Shown one piece after another: positions 1-10,213 of a stretch of 64,000 bases of DNA (position 1 is its first letter; each line of letters starts with the position of its first letter). The stretch is from Flavobacteriales bacterium. Lineage in GTDB: Bacteria > Bacteroidota > Bacteroidia > Flavobacteriales > UBA7312. The stretch spans positions 12,569 to 76,568 of the forward strand of contig JBMHBP010000009.1 in assembly GCA_049890295.1 (NCBI GenBank), in the 5' to 3' direction. The position numbers were made by a program, and so were the translations under genes. The notes under the pieces were generated by a model. It searched no databases. It was given only the letters and a program-made list of their open reading frames with translations, and was not told where the DNA came from.

Positions 1-1
1 T

Positions 2-1141
2 GCTATGACCCACTCACAAAAGGGTTATGGTGAACAGTATTATTCTTTTGTCAATGGTCAGCATACCACTCAAGGTGGAACACATCAAGCAGCATTCCGC
101 GAGGCTGTGGTTAAAACAATCAGGGAATTTTATGGAAAAAACTTTGATGCTGTTGATATAAGACAAAGTATTGTAGCAGCAGTAAGTGTAAAAGTTATTG
201 AACCCGTTTTTGAATCGCAAACCAAAACAAAATTGGGCTCCAATGAAATAGGACCAGGAATGGTTACTATTCGAACTTTTATTAATGATTTTATCAAAAC
301 TAATCTCGATAATTTTCTTCATAAAAATCCTGAGTCTGCTGATATGCTTCAAAAAAAGATTATTGAAGCAGAAAAAGAAAGAAAAGCACTTGCTGGAGTA
401 AGAAAACTTGCAAAAGAGAGAGCAAAAAAAGCAAACTTACACAACAGAAAACTAAGGGATTGCCGAGTTCATTATAACAACTTAAAAGACCAAAAGCGTT
501 TTGATACAACATTATTTATCACAGAAGGTGATTCAGCCAGTGGTTCTATTACAAAAGTAAGAGATGTTAATACACAAGCCGTATTTAGTTTAAAAGGTAA
601 GCCTTTAAACTCATTTGGACTTACCAAAAAGATAGTCTACGAAAACGAAGAATTCAACCTGTTACAGGCTGCACTAAATATCGAAGATGGTTTAGAAGGT
701 TTAAGATATAAGAATGTTGTGATTGCTACAGACGCAGATGTAGATGGAATGCACATTCGATTATTACTCATAACCTTCTTTTTACAATTTTTCCCAGAAT
801 TAATAAGAGAGGGTTATTTGTATATTTTGGAGACACCTCTTTTTAGAGTAAGAAATAGAAAAGAAACTATATATTGCTATTCTGATGAAGAAAGAGTAAA
901 AGCTATTCAGAAATTAGGGCGAAAACCTGAAGTTACTCGATTCAAGGGTTTAGGTGAAATTTCTCCAAATGAATTTAAGCATTTTATTGGCAAAACTATG
1001 CGATTAGAACCAGTTATAATTGGTAAAAAAATGAGTGTAGAAGACTTGCTTTCCTTTTATATGGGTAAAAATACTGCAGAAAGACAAGAGTTTATAATTG
1101 AAAATTTAAGATTCGAGGACGACACAAATCTCGTCAACTAA
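2..1141 (+). CDS. parE: DNA topoisomerase IV subunit B (type IIA topoisomerase B subunit), C-terminal part; the 5' end lies outside the window
   Basis: The frame is open to the window edge. It carries TOPRIM motifs [11 protein letters not shown] and [12 protein letters not shown] and the tail motif [14 protein letters not shown] ParC-like A subunit follows 9 nt downstream. A separate canonical gyrA sits at 48060-50564. Confidence 0.8.
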   Translation, partial: AMTHSQKGYGEQYYSFVNGQHTTQGGTHQAAFREAVVKTIREFYGKNFDAVDIRQSIVAAVSVKVIEPVFESQTKTKLGSNEIGPGMVTIRTFINDFIKTNLDNFLHKNPESADMLQKKIIEAEKERKALAGVRKLAKERAKKANLHNRKLRDCRVHYNNLKDQKRFDTTLFITEGDSASGSITKVRDVNTQAVFSLKGKPLNSFGLTKKIVYENEEFNLLQAALNIEDGLEGLRYKNVVIATDADVDGMHIRLLLITFFLQFFPELIREGYLYILETPLFRVRNRKETIYCYSDEERVKAIQKLGRKPEVTRFKGLGEISPNEFKHFIGKTMRLEPVIIGKKMSVEDLLSFYMGKNTAERQEFIIENLRFEDDTNLVN

Positions 1142-1150
1142 GCTAGCCTT

Positions 1151-3802
1151 ATGAGTGATAAAAATACCTTTGTAAACAACGATTTACCAAAAGATATTTC
1201 CCATATCAATGGGATGTATAAAAATTGGTTTCTAGATTATGCATCTTATGTAATTTTAGAACGATCCGTTCCACTCATTGAAGACGGTCTTAAACCTGTT
1301 CAAAGACGAATTTTACATTCACTTAAAGATTTAGATGATGGCCGTTTTCATAAAGTAGCAAATGTTGTAGGTCATACAATGAAATATCATCCTCATGGTG
1401 ACGCTTCTATATATGATGCCATGGTACAAGTCGGACAAAAAAATCTAATACTCGACTTACAAGGAAATTGGGGAAATACATTAACGGGTGATAGTGCTGC
1501 AGCAGCGAGATACATCGAAGTAAAATTATCAAAATTTGCTCTTGATGTTGTGTATAATTCAAAAATTACTCAATACACTCCATCTTATGACGGTAGAGGA
1601 AAAGAACCAGTTTCATTACCTATCAAATTTCCGTTATTATTAGCTCAAGGTGTAGAAGGTATTGCAGTAGGTCTATCTACAAAAGTTTTACCCCACAACT
1701 TCATTGAACTTATAGATGCATCAATTAAGGTACTTAAAGGTGTAAAACCAAGAATTTTTCCAGATTTTCCAAATGGTGGAATGGCCGACTTCTCTAATTA
1801 CAACGATGGTAAAAGGGGAGGAAAGGTAAGAGTCAGGGCAAAAATTTCTGTGTTCGATAGTAAAACACTTAAAATTTCCGAATTACCACATGGTACTACA
1901 ACCGTATCGTTAATTAATTCAATACTAAAAGCAAACGATAGAGGTAAAATAAGAATCAAAAAAATTGATGATAACACATCTGAAGTTGTTGAAATTTTAG
2001 TGTATTTACCACCAGGCATTTCTCCAGATAAAACTATTGATGCTTTATATTCCTTTACAGACTGTGAGGTTTCTATTTCCCCATTAGGTTGCGTTATTGA
2101 AAATAACAAGCCTCATTTTATGGGAGTTAGCGAAATGCTTCAAGTATCCACTAATCATACCTTACAATTACTAAAGTCAGAATTAGAAATAAATTTAAAA
2201 GAGCTTCAGGAAAAATGGCATTTTTCAAGTCTTGAAAAAATATTTATTGAAAATAAAATTTACAGAGACATTGAAGAATGTGAAACTTGGGAAGCTGTCA
2301 TTAAAGCAATAGACAAAGGCCTGAAGCCATTTACATCAAATTTATTGCGTAAGGTTACCGAAGATGATATTGTAAAGCTTACCGAGATTAAAATTAAAAG
2401 AATTTCAAAGTTTGATAGCTTAAAAGCAGACGAAGAATTACTAAAATTAGATGAACAAATAGCTACTATTACACACCATCTTGCCAATTTGGTTGAGTAT
2501 GCCATAGATTTTTTCAAATCTATCAAGAAAAAATATGCTGAGGGCAGAGAAAGAAAAACTGAAATTAAAACTTTTGACAATATTATTGCTGCAAAAGTAG
2601 TAGCAAAGAATCAAAAGCTATACGTTAACAGAGAAGAAGGGTTTATAGGAACAAGTATGCGAAAGGATGAGTTTGTATGTGATTGTTCAGATATAGATGA
2701 AATAATAGTATTTAGAAAGGATGGAAAGGTGGTTGTGACCAAAGTTGATAAAAAAACATTCGTAGGAAAGGATATCATTCACGCTGCTGTATTTAAAAAG
2801 AAAGATGAGCGTACAACATACAATATGATATACCTTAATGGGTTAAATAAGAATTCGTATATGAAGCGATTTCAAATTACTAGCTCCACTCGTGACAAAG
2901 AATACGATCTAACTAAAAATAGTAAAGGCCAAATATTATACTTTACTGCTAACCCAAATGGTGAGGCAGAGAAAGTAACAGTTCATTTAAGAGCTCTACA
3001 AAAACTTAAGAAATTAAGAATTGATATTGATTTTTCTGAATTAGCTATAAAAGGTAAGCTGTCAATGGGTAATTTAGTAAGTAAAACTCCTATAAAACGT
3101 ATAGACTTAAAGGAAGAAGGAGTTTCTACTTTATCTGCAAGAAAAATTTGGTATGATTCAACCGTGAATAAATTAAATGTTGAAGAAAGAGGACGTTTCT
3201 TAGGGGATTTTGAATCCGATGATAAAATAATTGTAGTTCATAAATCTGGTAATCTTCAACTTCTAAACTTTGATTTAAGTAGACATTTTAATGATGATAT
3301 ATTATTAATTGAAAAATGGAAACCTCAACAAGCTTTATCTGCAATATATTTCGATGCAATAAAAAAATGCTATTATGTTAAGCGTTTTCTTGTAGCAGAT
3401 AGTGACAAAGCATCTACAATCATTAGTGACTCAAAAGGTTCATTTCTTGAAATTATTTCTTCACATCCATCTCCAGAGCTAAAAGTTTCTTACGCAAAAG
3501 AACGAGGTAAGGATCGTAAGGAAGAACTTATAAGTCTGGTAGATTTTATTGCAGTAAAGGGAGTTAAAGCACAAGGAAATAAATTAAGTTCTAATAAAAT
3601 TAATAAGCTAGAGTTAATAGAATCAGTAATTGAAGAAGAAACCTTTGATGAAAAAGAACTTATAGATGAAGATAAAATAACTAAAGACGATTCAAAAAAA
3701 TCAACAACGAAAGTGGATATCAAAAATGAATCAATTAATCCAGAAAGTAAGATAATTATTGACGAAGATAGCACAGATAATCAATTTAAGTTAGAACTCT
3801 AA
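1151..3802 (+). CDS. parC: DNA topoisomerase IV subunit A
   Basis: Motifs DGLKPVQRRILH and HPHGD and the catalytic-Tyr motif AAARYIE are present. No GyrA-box (RGGxG-like) is seen in the C-terminal domain, unlike the gyrA in this window. The C-terminal tail is acidic and Lys-rich. Confidence 0.85.
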   Translation: MSDKNTFVNNDLPKDISHINGMYKNWFLDYASYVILERSVPLIEDGLKPVQRRILHSLKDLDDGRFHKVANVVGHTMKYHPHGDASIYDAMVQVGQKNLILDLQGNWGNTLTGDSAAAARYIEVKLSKFALDVVYNSKITQYTPSYDGRGKEPVSLPIKFPLLLAQGVEGIAVGLSTKVLPHNFIELIDASIKVLKGVKPRIFPDFPNGGMADFSNYNDGKRGGKVRVRAKISVFDSKTLKISELPHGTTTVSLINSILKANDRGKIRIKKIDDNTSEVVEILVYLPPGISPDKTIDALYSFTDCEVSISPLGCVIENNKPHFMGVSEMLQVSTNHTLQLLKSELEINLKELQEKWHFSSLEKIFIENKIYRDIEECETWEAVIKAIDKGLKPFTSNLLRKVTEDDIVKLTEIKIKRISKFDSLKADEELLKLDEQIATITHHLANLVEYAIDFFKSIKKKYAEGRERKTEIKTFDNIIAAKVVAKNQKLYVNREEGFIGTSMRKDEFVCDCSDIDEIIVFRKDGKVVVTKVDKKTFVGKDIIHAAVFKKKDERTTYNMIYLNGLNKNSYMKRFQITSSTRDKEYDLTKNSKGQILYFTANPNGEAEKVTVHLRALQKLKKLRIDIDFSELAIKGKLSMGNLVSKTPIKRIDLKEEGVSTLSARKIWYDSTVNKLNVEERGRFLGDFESDDKIIVVHKSGNLQLLNFDLSRHFNDDILLIEKWKPQQALSAIYFDAIKKCYYVKRFLVADSDKASTIISDSKGSFLEIISSHPSPELKVSYAKERGKDRKEELISLVDFIAVKGVKAQGNKLSSNKINKLELIESVIEEETFDEKELIDEDKITKDDSKKSTTKVDIKNESINPESKIIIDEDSTDNQFKLEL

Positions 3803-3819
3803 CTACACTTTTTAAAACA

Positions 3820-3827
3820 TATATTTG
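3820..3827 (+). promoter_or_regulatory. Candidate Bacteroidota -7 promoter box TATATTTG (consensus TAnnTTTG)
   Basis: Exact match to TAnnTTTG, 18 nt upstream of the ATG at 3845. No clear -33 TTTG was seen. The motif is short and can occur by chance in AT-rich DNA. Confidence 0.4.
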
Positions 3828-3844
3828 CACCTAAATTTTTATTT

Positions 3845-6241
3845 ATGAAAAAATATATCTTCTATTTTCTTTTACTTTCAATTCCGTTAAATATTTTTTC
3901 TCAGAGCAGCAATAACTTAAACCTAGTAGGTTCATTAAATTTTCCTGGTACTGAATGCAATGATATTTGGGGGTATGTTAGTAATGATGGAAGGGAATAT
4001 GCTTTAGTCGGATTAAAAAATGGGTTTTCTGTTGTAGATATAAATGACCCAAGCAACCCAACCGAAGCTTTTTTCATCTCGGGAGCACAATCTGTGTGGC
4101 GTGATATAAAAGTATGGAATAACTATGCATTTGTAACTGCAGACCAAGGTAATGATGGTTTACTAATCGTAGATTTAGAAGACTTAAGCGGCAATACATA
4201 CGTATATACAACTGTAGATAATAATGGAGCTTTTATGTGTACTCAAGCTCATAATATTTATATAGATGAATATGGTAAGGCTTATCTTTTTGGAGGAAAT
4301 GTAGGAGCAAGTGGCGATAGTACTTCTGGTGATGGTGCACTTATACTTGATGTTACTTCCGTTAATATTACAGAAAATGATACTAGCTTACCGACTATAT
4401 TAGGATTGTTTGATAATTTTTATTTACATGATGGTATGGCTCGTGGCGACACGCTTTGGGGTTCTGCTATTTATGAAGGTAAATTCTTTGCCATTGATGT
4501 TTCAAATCCTTCCTCTCCAGTCATTTTTAATGACAGTCTAGCCTTTCATGAAACGCCTAATGCTTTTACTCATAATTGTTGGATTTCAGATGATGGAAAA
4601 TCTTTATTTACTACTGACGAACAAAGTGGTGCATATATTGGATCTTATGATGTGTCTGACTTAGGTAATATTCAAGAAATAGATAGAATAAAATCCTCTC
4701 CTGAAATAGGTACAGTTATTCCACACAATGTACATGTTGATGGTAATTTTTTAGTGACTTCATATTACAGGGACGGTATTGTTGTTCATGATATAAGTTA
4801 TCCAAATCATTTAGTGGAAGTGGCACATTACGATGCATATACAGGACAAGGTGATGGTTTTGATGGCTCATGGGGAGCTTATCCGTATTTACCTTCAAAT
4901 TTAATCCTATCATCCGAAATTAATAGTGGTGTAGATGGAGAAGGGCTTCTTTTAGTACTAGAACCTGATTATAATCCAGCTTGTTATTTAAAAGGTGTCG
5001 TAACTGACTCTTTAAATGGCAATTTATTGGATAATGTTTCTGTTCGAATATTAACCTATTTCGTATTATCTACTTCTTCAAACTTAAATGGTGATTATTT
5101 TATTGGAATAGAATCTCCTAATACTTATGATGTTGAGTTTAGTAAAGAAGGATACTTTACTGATACACTTCAAATTTCATTTTCAAGTGGTGTACTTGCC
5201 ACACAAAATGTTGCCTTATTACCAAAATTCCCATTTTCTAAAAATGGTAAGGTTGTTAATAATTTAGGTGTTGGAATATCTAATGCTGAAATCTCCATTT
5301 CTAGTTCTTTTTCAAGGGATACTTTATTTTCAGATCAAAATGGATTCTTTTCAATAGATACTCTTTTTCAAGCCAATTATATGGTTAATGTAGGTAAATG
5401 GGGATTCAAAACAAAGTGTGATGTACTACCATTACTAAACGATAGTAGTGAAGTTTTGTTAGTATTAGACTCAGCCTATTACGATGATTTTACATTTGAT
5501 TTTGGATGGCAAAAAACAGCAACAGCTAGTGGTGGGTTTTGGGAGTTAGGCAACCCAAATGCAACTATTTTTGATAATTCAATTTTTAATTCTTCTACTG
5601 ACATATCTTCTGACTGTCATTCAAATGCTTATGTTACTGGAAACGCAATTGGTGGAGGAGCTGGTGCCGATGATGTTGATGATGGTTATGTTCTTTTAAA
5701 ATCACCAATTTTTGACCTTACCAACTACACTAATCCTGCCATAAAATATTACCAATGGTTTGCAAATGGTGGAGGATGGTCTTCTGCTGACGATTCAATG
5801 AATGTCTATCTTTCAAATGGACAAGATGAAATGTTAGTTTCATATGTAGTTGGCCAAATTGAGAATGAATGGATTGAAAAAAATATTAACGTATCTCAAT
5901 TCATAAATAAAAGTTCTGAAATGCAATTTATTGTAAAGGTAACCGATTATTCACCCAATAATCACCTAACCGAAGGGGGAATTGACGGTTTTGAAATTTA
6001 TGAAGATAGCATTAACCCTGTTTCATTACATCAATATAATACAATCAATGATTTTGTTTTATATCCAAACCCTGCAAATACTTTTATAAATATACCAACT
6101 AATCAAATTAAGTATATATATAATTCAGCTGGAAAATTACTTTTAACATCGAATAAGAGCTTTATTGATATTTCTGATTTAACTTCCGGTATTTATTTTG
6201 TAAAAATGAAAAATTCGTACAGTCGTTTCATAAAATTATAA
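3845..6241 (+). CDS. Secreted T9SS cargo protein: LVIVD-repeat beta-propeller, carboxypeptidase-regulatory-like domains and a C-terminal T9SS sorting domain
   Basis: Signal peptide MKKYIFYFLLLSIPLNIFSQ. Repeated LVIVD-type motifs are present (FSVVDINDPSNP, GLLIVDLEDLS, FFAIDVSNPSSP, GIVVHDISYPNH). The C-terminus FVLYPNPANTFINI...GIYFVKM is typical of T9SS CTDs. Confidence 0.8.
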   Translation: MKKYIFYFLLLSIPLNIFSQSSNNLNLVGSLNFPGTECNDIWGYVSNDGREYALVGLKNGFSVVDINDPSNPTEAFFISGAQSVWRDIKVWNNYAFVTADQGNDGLLIVDLEDLSGNTYVYTTVDNNGAFMCTQAHNIYIDEYGKAYLFGGNVGASGDSTSGDGALILDVTSVNITENDTSLPTILGLFDNFYLHDGMARGDTLWGSAIYEGKFFAIDVSNPSSPVIFNDSLAFHETPNAFTHNCWISDDGKSLFTTDEQSGAYIGSYDVSDLGNIQEIDRIKSSPEIGTVIPHNVHVDGNFLVTSYYRDGIVVHDISYPNHLVEVAHYDAYTGQGDGFDGSWGAYPYLPSNLILSSEINSGVDGEGLLLVLEPDYNPACYLKGVVTDSLNGNLLDNVSVRILTYFVLSTSSNLNGDYFIGIESPNTYDVEFSKEGYFTDTLQISFSSGVLATQNVALLPKFPFSKNGKVVNNLGVGISNAEISISSSFSRDTLFSDQNGFFSIDTLFQANYMVNVGKWGFKTKCDVLPLLNDSSEVLLVLDSAYYDDFTFDFGWQKTATASGGFWELGNPNATIFDNSIFNSSTDISSDCHSNAYVTGNAIGGGAGADDVDDGYVLLKSPIFDLTNYTNPAIKYYQWFANGGGWSSADDSMNVYLSNGQDEMLVSYVVGQIENEWIEKNINVSQFINKSSEMQFIVKVTDYSPNNHLTEGGIDGFEIYEDSINPVSLHQYNTINDFVLYPNPANTFINIPTNQIKYIYNSAGKLLLTSNKSFIDISDLTSGIYFVKMKNSYSRFIKL

Positions 6242-6248
6242 GAATGTT

Positions 6249-7070
6249 TTGATAACTACAGTTATAAATAGTTCTCGAAATAAATCAATACATATTGATG
6301 TAAACTTTTGTAAGCAGAATAAACAACCAATTGTTATATTTTCTCATGGATTTAAAGGGTTTAAAGATTGGGGGCCATTTAATGCAATGTCAGCCTATTT
6401 CGCAGATTCAGGCTTAAATTTTTTAAAATTCAACTTTTCTCACAATGGAGTCACAACTTCTAATCCTTGTGAATTTACAGATTTAGACGCCTTTGGAAAT
6501 AATAATTTTACAATTGAATTAGAAGATTTAGATAGTGTTATTCATTGGGTTTTATCGGAGTTAAAAGATAAGGTTGATATTAATAGAATTTTCTTAATGG
6601 GACATAGTAGAGGAGGAGGGATTTCAATCTTAACAGCTGAAAAAAATATTTATATTAAGAAATTAGTTTCGTGGGCCAGTGTATCAGATTTTGAAATAAG
6701 GATACAAAATGATAAAATTGACTTGTGGCAAGAAAGAGGAGTAGTTTATGTATTCAATAGTCGAACCAATCAGCAATTACCACTTTTTTATCAGTTTTAT
6801 GAAGACTTTACTAATAATAAAGATTATTTATCAATTCCTAATGCTTCAAAAAAACTCTCTATTCCTGTATTAATTGTGCATGCAAAAAACGATAAAACCG
6901 TTGATTTTTCAGATGCATTGGAGTTAAAAGCTTGGATAAAAAACGCCTCTTTATTTTCCATAGAAGATTCCGATCATGTCTTTGATTCTAAACATCCTTT
7001 TTATCAAAATCAATTTCCTGAAAATCTACAATTAGCAATTGATAATACAATTTCTTTCTTTAAGACATGA
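6249..7070 (+). CDS. Alpha/beta-fold hydrolase
   Basis: HGF oxyanion region, nucleophile elbow GHSRGG, and late Asp/His (NDKTVD, DSDHVF). The start is TTG at 6249; the first in-frame ATG would delete the HGF region. Confidence 0.75.
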   Translation: MITTVINSSRNKSIHIDVNFCKQNKQPIVIFSHGFKGFKDWGPFNAMSAYFADSGLNFLKFNFSHNGVTTSNPCEFTDLDAFGNNNFTIELEDLDSVIHWVLSELKDKVDINRIFLMGHSRGGGISILTAEKNIYIKKLVSWASVSDFEIRIQNDKIDLWQERGVVYVFNSRTNQQLPLFYQFYEDFTNNKDYLSIPNASKKLSIPVLIVHAKNDKTVDFSDALELKAWIKNASLFSIEDSDHVFDSKHPFYQNQFPENLQLAIDNTISFFKT

Positions 7071-7077
7071 AATCATA

Positions 7078-7085
7078 TATATTTG
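7078..7085 (+). promoter_or_regulatory. Candidate -7 promoter box TATATTTG
   Basis: Exact TAnnTTTG match 16 nt upstream of the ATG at 7101, at the head of the polysaccharide locus. Confidence 0.4.
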
Positions 7086-7100
7086 TGACTCTTAGATACA

Positions 7101-7856
7101 ATGACCATGTATAGATACTTCTGTTTATTTATTATATCAATTTCATTAGTTTCATGTGTAACTAATAAGGATCTAGAAATTTTTCAAACTGAAAAAAATA
7201 CAATTTTGAAGGTTTATAATCATGTAAATAAAATTTCATCTGGTGATTTATTGTACATAGAAATTAAATCTTTGACCCCTACTAAATATGATTTTTTTAA
7301 TAAAATAACTCCTAATTCTATAAATTCGACAAATATGAATCCTTATTTATTGGGTTATGTTGTAAATGACTCAGGCTTTGTATCATTGCCAACTCTTGGG
7401 AATTTATACTTAGAAGATTTAACAATAGTTGAAGCTGAAAATAGTATTAAAAATTTAGCAAAAGATTATTTTGTTGATCCATTCGTAAAGATAGTGCAGA
7501 TGAATTTTAATGTTACAATTTTAGGTGAAGTAAAAAAACCTGGATTATTGAATGTCATTGATCCAAACTCTACCGTTATTGATATAATTGGAAGAGCTGG
7601 AGGTTTCACATCATTAGCGAACAGAAAGAAAATTAAAGTTGTTAGAACAAAAGGTAATAATCCAATGATATTTTACGTTGACTTATCCAACAAATTTATT
7701 ACTAATTCAAATCAATTTTTCGTGCAAAATGGTGATATAATTTCTATAGAACCACTTGATAAAAGATTTTTTGTGGTGAATAATATTTCTACCGCTTTAT
7801 CGGTGGTTTTTTCTGCTTTAAGTTTATTTATTTTGATTAATAATCAAACAAACTGA
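7101..7856 (+). CDS. wza: Polysaccharide export outer-membrane lipoprotein (Wza family)
   Basis: Lipoprotein signal ISLVSC. Poly_export-like segment ISSGDLLYIEIKS and SLBB-like segment VTILGEVKKPG. The gene lies directly upstream of a Wzc-type gene. Confidence 0.8.
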   Translation: MTMYRYFCLFIISISLVSCVTNKDLEIFQTEKNTILKVYNHVNKISSGDLLYIEIKSLTPTKYDFFNKITPNSINSTNMNPYLLGYVVNDSGFVSLPTLGNLYLEDLTIVEAENSIKNLAKDYFVDPFVKIVQMNFNVTILGEVKKPGLLNVIDPNSTVIDIIGRAGGFTSLANRKKIKVVRTKGNNPMIFYVDLSNKFITNSNQFFVQNGDIISIEPLDKRFFVVNNISTALSVVFSALSLFILINNQTN

Positions 7857-7857
7857 T

Positions 7858-10194
7858 ATGTCAAATTTGATTGATAAAGACCTGATACCTATTAAACGAT
7901 TTTTCTTTGTTATAAGATCAAATTGGTCGTGGTTTGCTGTAAGTCTACTTTTCTTTTTATTAGCAGCTACAATAATCAATCGGTATTCACCAAGAATTTA
8001 CAAGAATACTGTTAAATTAAGATTAAATACTAGTTCTTCAGAAGCAAACCCATTTAATTATATTTTGAATAATAATCAAGTCAATTTTGATGGTTCTAAT
8101 TATTCAGATAAAATATTTACTATTACTTCATACCCTCTAGTATACAAGACTGTTAAAGATTTAAATCTTAATATTGAATATTTTGTACAAGGAAATGTAA
8201 AGAAAACTGAAGCTTTTTCGTTCATACCAATTATTTTTGATGTTATTGGTCAACACAAAACCTTTGGAAAAAACTATAGCGTAAAGATTAAAAATCAAAA
8301 TGAGTTTATTCTAAATTCTGAAAGTATTGATAACAAACTGTTCAATTTTGGTGAAGTAATAAATGATGAAAATGGTTCATATCGAATTATTCTACATCAA
8401 AATATTGAAAATAGAGATTTATCAAGCTATCCAGAGATTTTAATACAACACTCTAGCCCCCACTATTCAACCCGGTCATATATTAATAAAATTGACGTAA
8501 AAAAGCTATCAAAAGATGGTTCAATAATTGATATTATAATTAAAGGTGAGGACGTAAGTAAAGAGGTTCTTTTCTTAAATAAATTATGTGAAAATTATAT
8601 AAATTATGAAATTGATTCTAAAAATACAGCTTCACTAAATACCATCAAATTTATAGATAAACAGTTAACTGAAATAAAAGACTCACTAGATATTATTGAA
8701 ATTCAACTTCAGCAATTCAAGAAGAACAATGGGGTAGTAGAATTAAGTGTTGAGTCAGAAAAATTTTACAGTGATATTAATGCTTTAAAACAAAATAAAT
8801 CAGAGCAATTGGTAGAGAAAAAATACCTTGATTACCTTTCTGAATATTTGAGTAAAGAATTAGTAATTGAAGATATAATTGTTCCTATCTCTTATGGTGT
8901 TTCAAATCAACTTCTCAATGATTTAATTTCTGATTTAGTTGAATTACAACTTGAGAGAAATACATTGAATCCAAACGGAAACTTAGTCAATCCAGTGATT
9001 TTTGAATTAGATAATAAAATTGAAAAGTTAAAAGTAACACTGGAAGATGTTATAAAAAATTTACAATCCAAAAACGAATTACTGTTATCAGACTTTAACG
9101 ATAGAATAAGTGATTCTCAAAAATTACTATCTTCATTACCAAGTGTTGAGAGAAAGTTAGTGAATATCAAAAGACATTATGATTTAAGTGAAAGTGTTTA
9201 TTTATTGTTACTCACAAAACGTACAGAGGCAGGTATAATTGCAGCAGGTAATGTCTCAGACGCTTCAATAGTTGAACCCAGTATATCTCAATCAGCTATA
9301 TTAATAGCTCCAAACAGCTCTCAAAATATTGTATTAGCAATTATACTTGGACTATTTACTCCTTTGACTGTTTTTACCTTGCTACAGGTCTTTTATTCGA
9401 AAATTAGTAATCCTTCTGAAGTTCAACAATTTTCTAACATTCCGTATTTAGGACATGTTGCCAATAATATTTCAGGTTATGATTTAATTGTTAATGATAG
9501 GCCAAAATCAATGATAGCTGAATCATTTAGGAATGTAAAATCAAATATTGAATTTATATTACCAAAAACAAAAGAAGGTAAAGTTTTACTATTTACATCC
9601 TCTATAAGTGGAGAAGGAAAAACATTTTGTGCTAAAAATCTAGCAACACTTTATGCTTTATCTGGAAAAAAATCTATCATTATAGGAGCTGACCTTAGAA
9701 AACCTCGTCTCTTTCTAACTTTTGACGAAGAAAATACAATTGGTTTATCTACCTTCTTATCTGACACTTCCTCTAGAGAAGAAATAATAAAAAAGTCAAA
9801 TATTAAAAATCTAGATTATGTGGCTTCTGGTCCAGTTCCTCCAAATCCTTCAGAATTACTTTCAAAAAACAAAATGAAAGTATTTATCGATGAGTTGAAA
9901 AATGAATACGATTATGTAATTTTAGATACGCCACCAGTATTTATGGTTTCTGATTCCTTAGCATTAATGGAGATTGTTGATTTAAATATTTATTTGGTAA
10001 GACAAAATTATACTAGAAAAGAATTAATTAAGTTTATCAATGATTACTATGATTCTGGCAAGTTAACTAATCTTTCATTATTACTTAATGATACCAAAAG
10101 TCAATCAATCTATGGATATAATAATTATGGCTATTACAACTATGCTTATAATTATCCATATGAAAACCATGACTACTATGATGATGAAAATTAA
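7858..10194 (+). CDS. wzc: Polysaccharide co-polymerase / BY-kinase (Wzc/GumC family tyrosine autokinase)
   Basis: Two TM segments flank a long coiled-coil periplasmic region. Walker A SISGEGKTF, Walker A' IIGADLRKP, Walker B YVILDTPP, and a C-terminal Tyr cluster are present. Confidence 0.85.
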   Translation: MSNLIDKDLIPIKRFFFVIRSNWSWFAVSLLFFLLAATIINRYSPRIYKNTVKLRLNTSSSEANPFNYILNNNQVNFDGSNYSDKIFTITSYPLVYKTVKDLNLNIEYFVQGNVKKTEAFSFIPIIFDVIGQHKTFGKNYSVKIKNQNEFILNSESIDNKLFNFGEVINDENGSYRIILHQNIENRDLSSYPEILIQHSSPHYSTRSYINKIDVKKLSKDGSIIDIIIKGEDVSKEVLFLNKLCENYINYEIDSKNTASLNTIKFIDKQLTEIKDSLDIIEIQLQQFKKNNGVVELSVESEKFYSDINALKQNKSEQLVEKKYLDYLSEYLSKELVIEDIIVPISYGVSNQLLNDLISDLVELQLERNTLNPNGNLVNPVIFELDNKIEKLKVTLEDVIKNLQSKNELLLSDFNDRISDSQKLLSSLPSVERKLVNIKRHYDLSESVYLLLLTKRTEAGIIAAGNVSDASIVEPSISQSAILIAPNSSQNIVLAIILGLFTPLTVFTLLQVFYSKISNPSEVQQFSNIPYLGHVANNISGYDLIVNDRPKSMIAESFRNVKSNIEFILPKTKEGKVLLFTSSISGEGKTFCAKNLATLYALSGKKSIIIGADLRKPRLFLTFDEENTIGLSTFLSDTSSREEIIKKSNIKNLDYVASGPVPPNPSELLSKNKMKVFIDELKNEYDYVILDTPPVFMVSDSLALMEIVDLNIYLVRQNYTRKELIKFINDYYDSGKLTNLSLLLNDTKSQSIYGYNNYGYYNYAYNYPYENHDYYDDEN

Positions 10195-10213
10195 TTACTA
10201 ATTTTTCATTTTT

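Noticed and set aside
14-352. A 112-aa antisense ORF inside parE, plus similar embedded ORFs at 1798-2109, 2260-2580, 3490-3774, 4716-4913, 10321-10539, 12307-12489, 18207-18407, 21159-21404, 24091-24378, 26960-27145, 28704-28919, 29028-29222, 34330-34611, 36127-36426, 39503-39721, 40565-40795, 43473-43682, 46077-46295, 48382-48621, 49704-50389, 51139-51873, 52378-52623, 54697-54885, 57162-57359, 59550-59762, 60997-61326 and 62898-63107
   Set aside because: All lie entirely within strongly motif-supported genes, either antisense or out of frame. They have skewed low-complexity compositions (Ser/Leu/Ile/Phe- or Gln/Tyr/His-rich) and lack any start context, promoter box or terminator of their own. 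They are most simply shadow ORFs.
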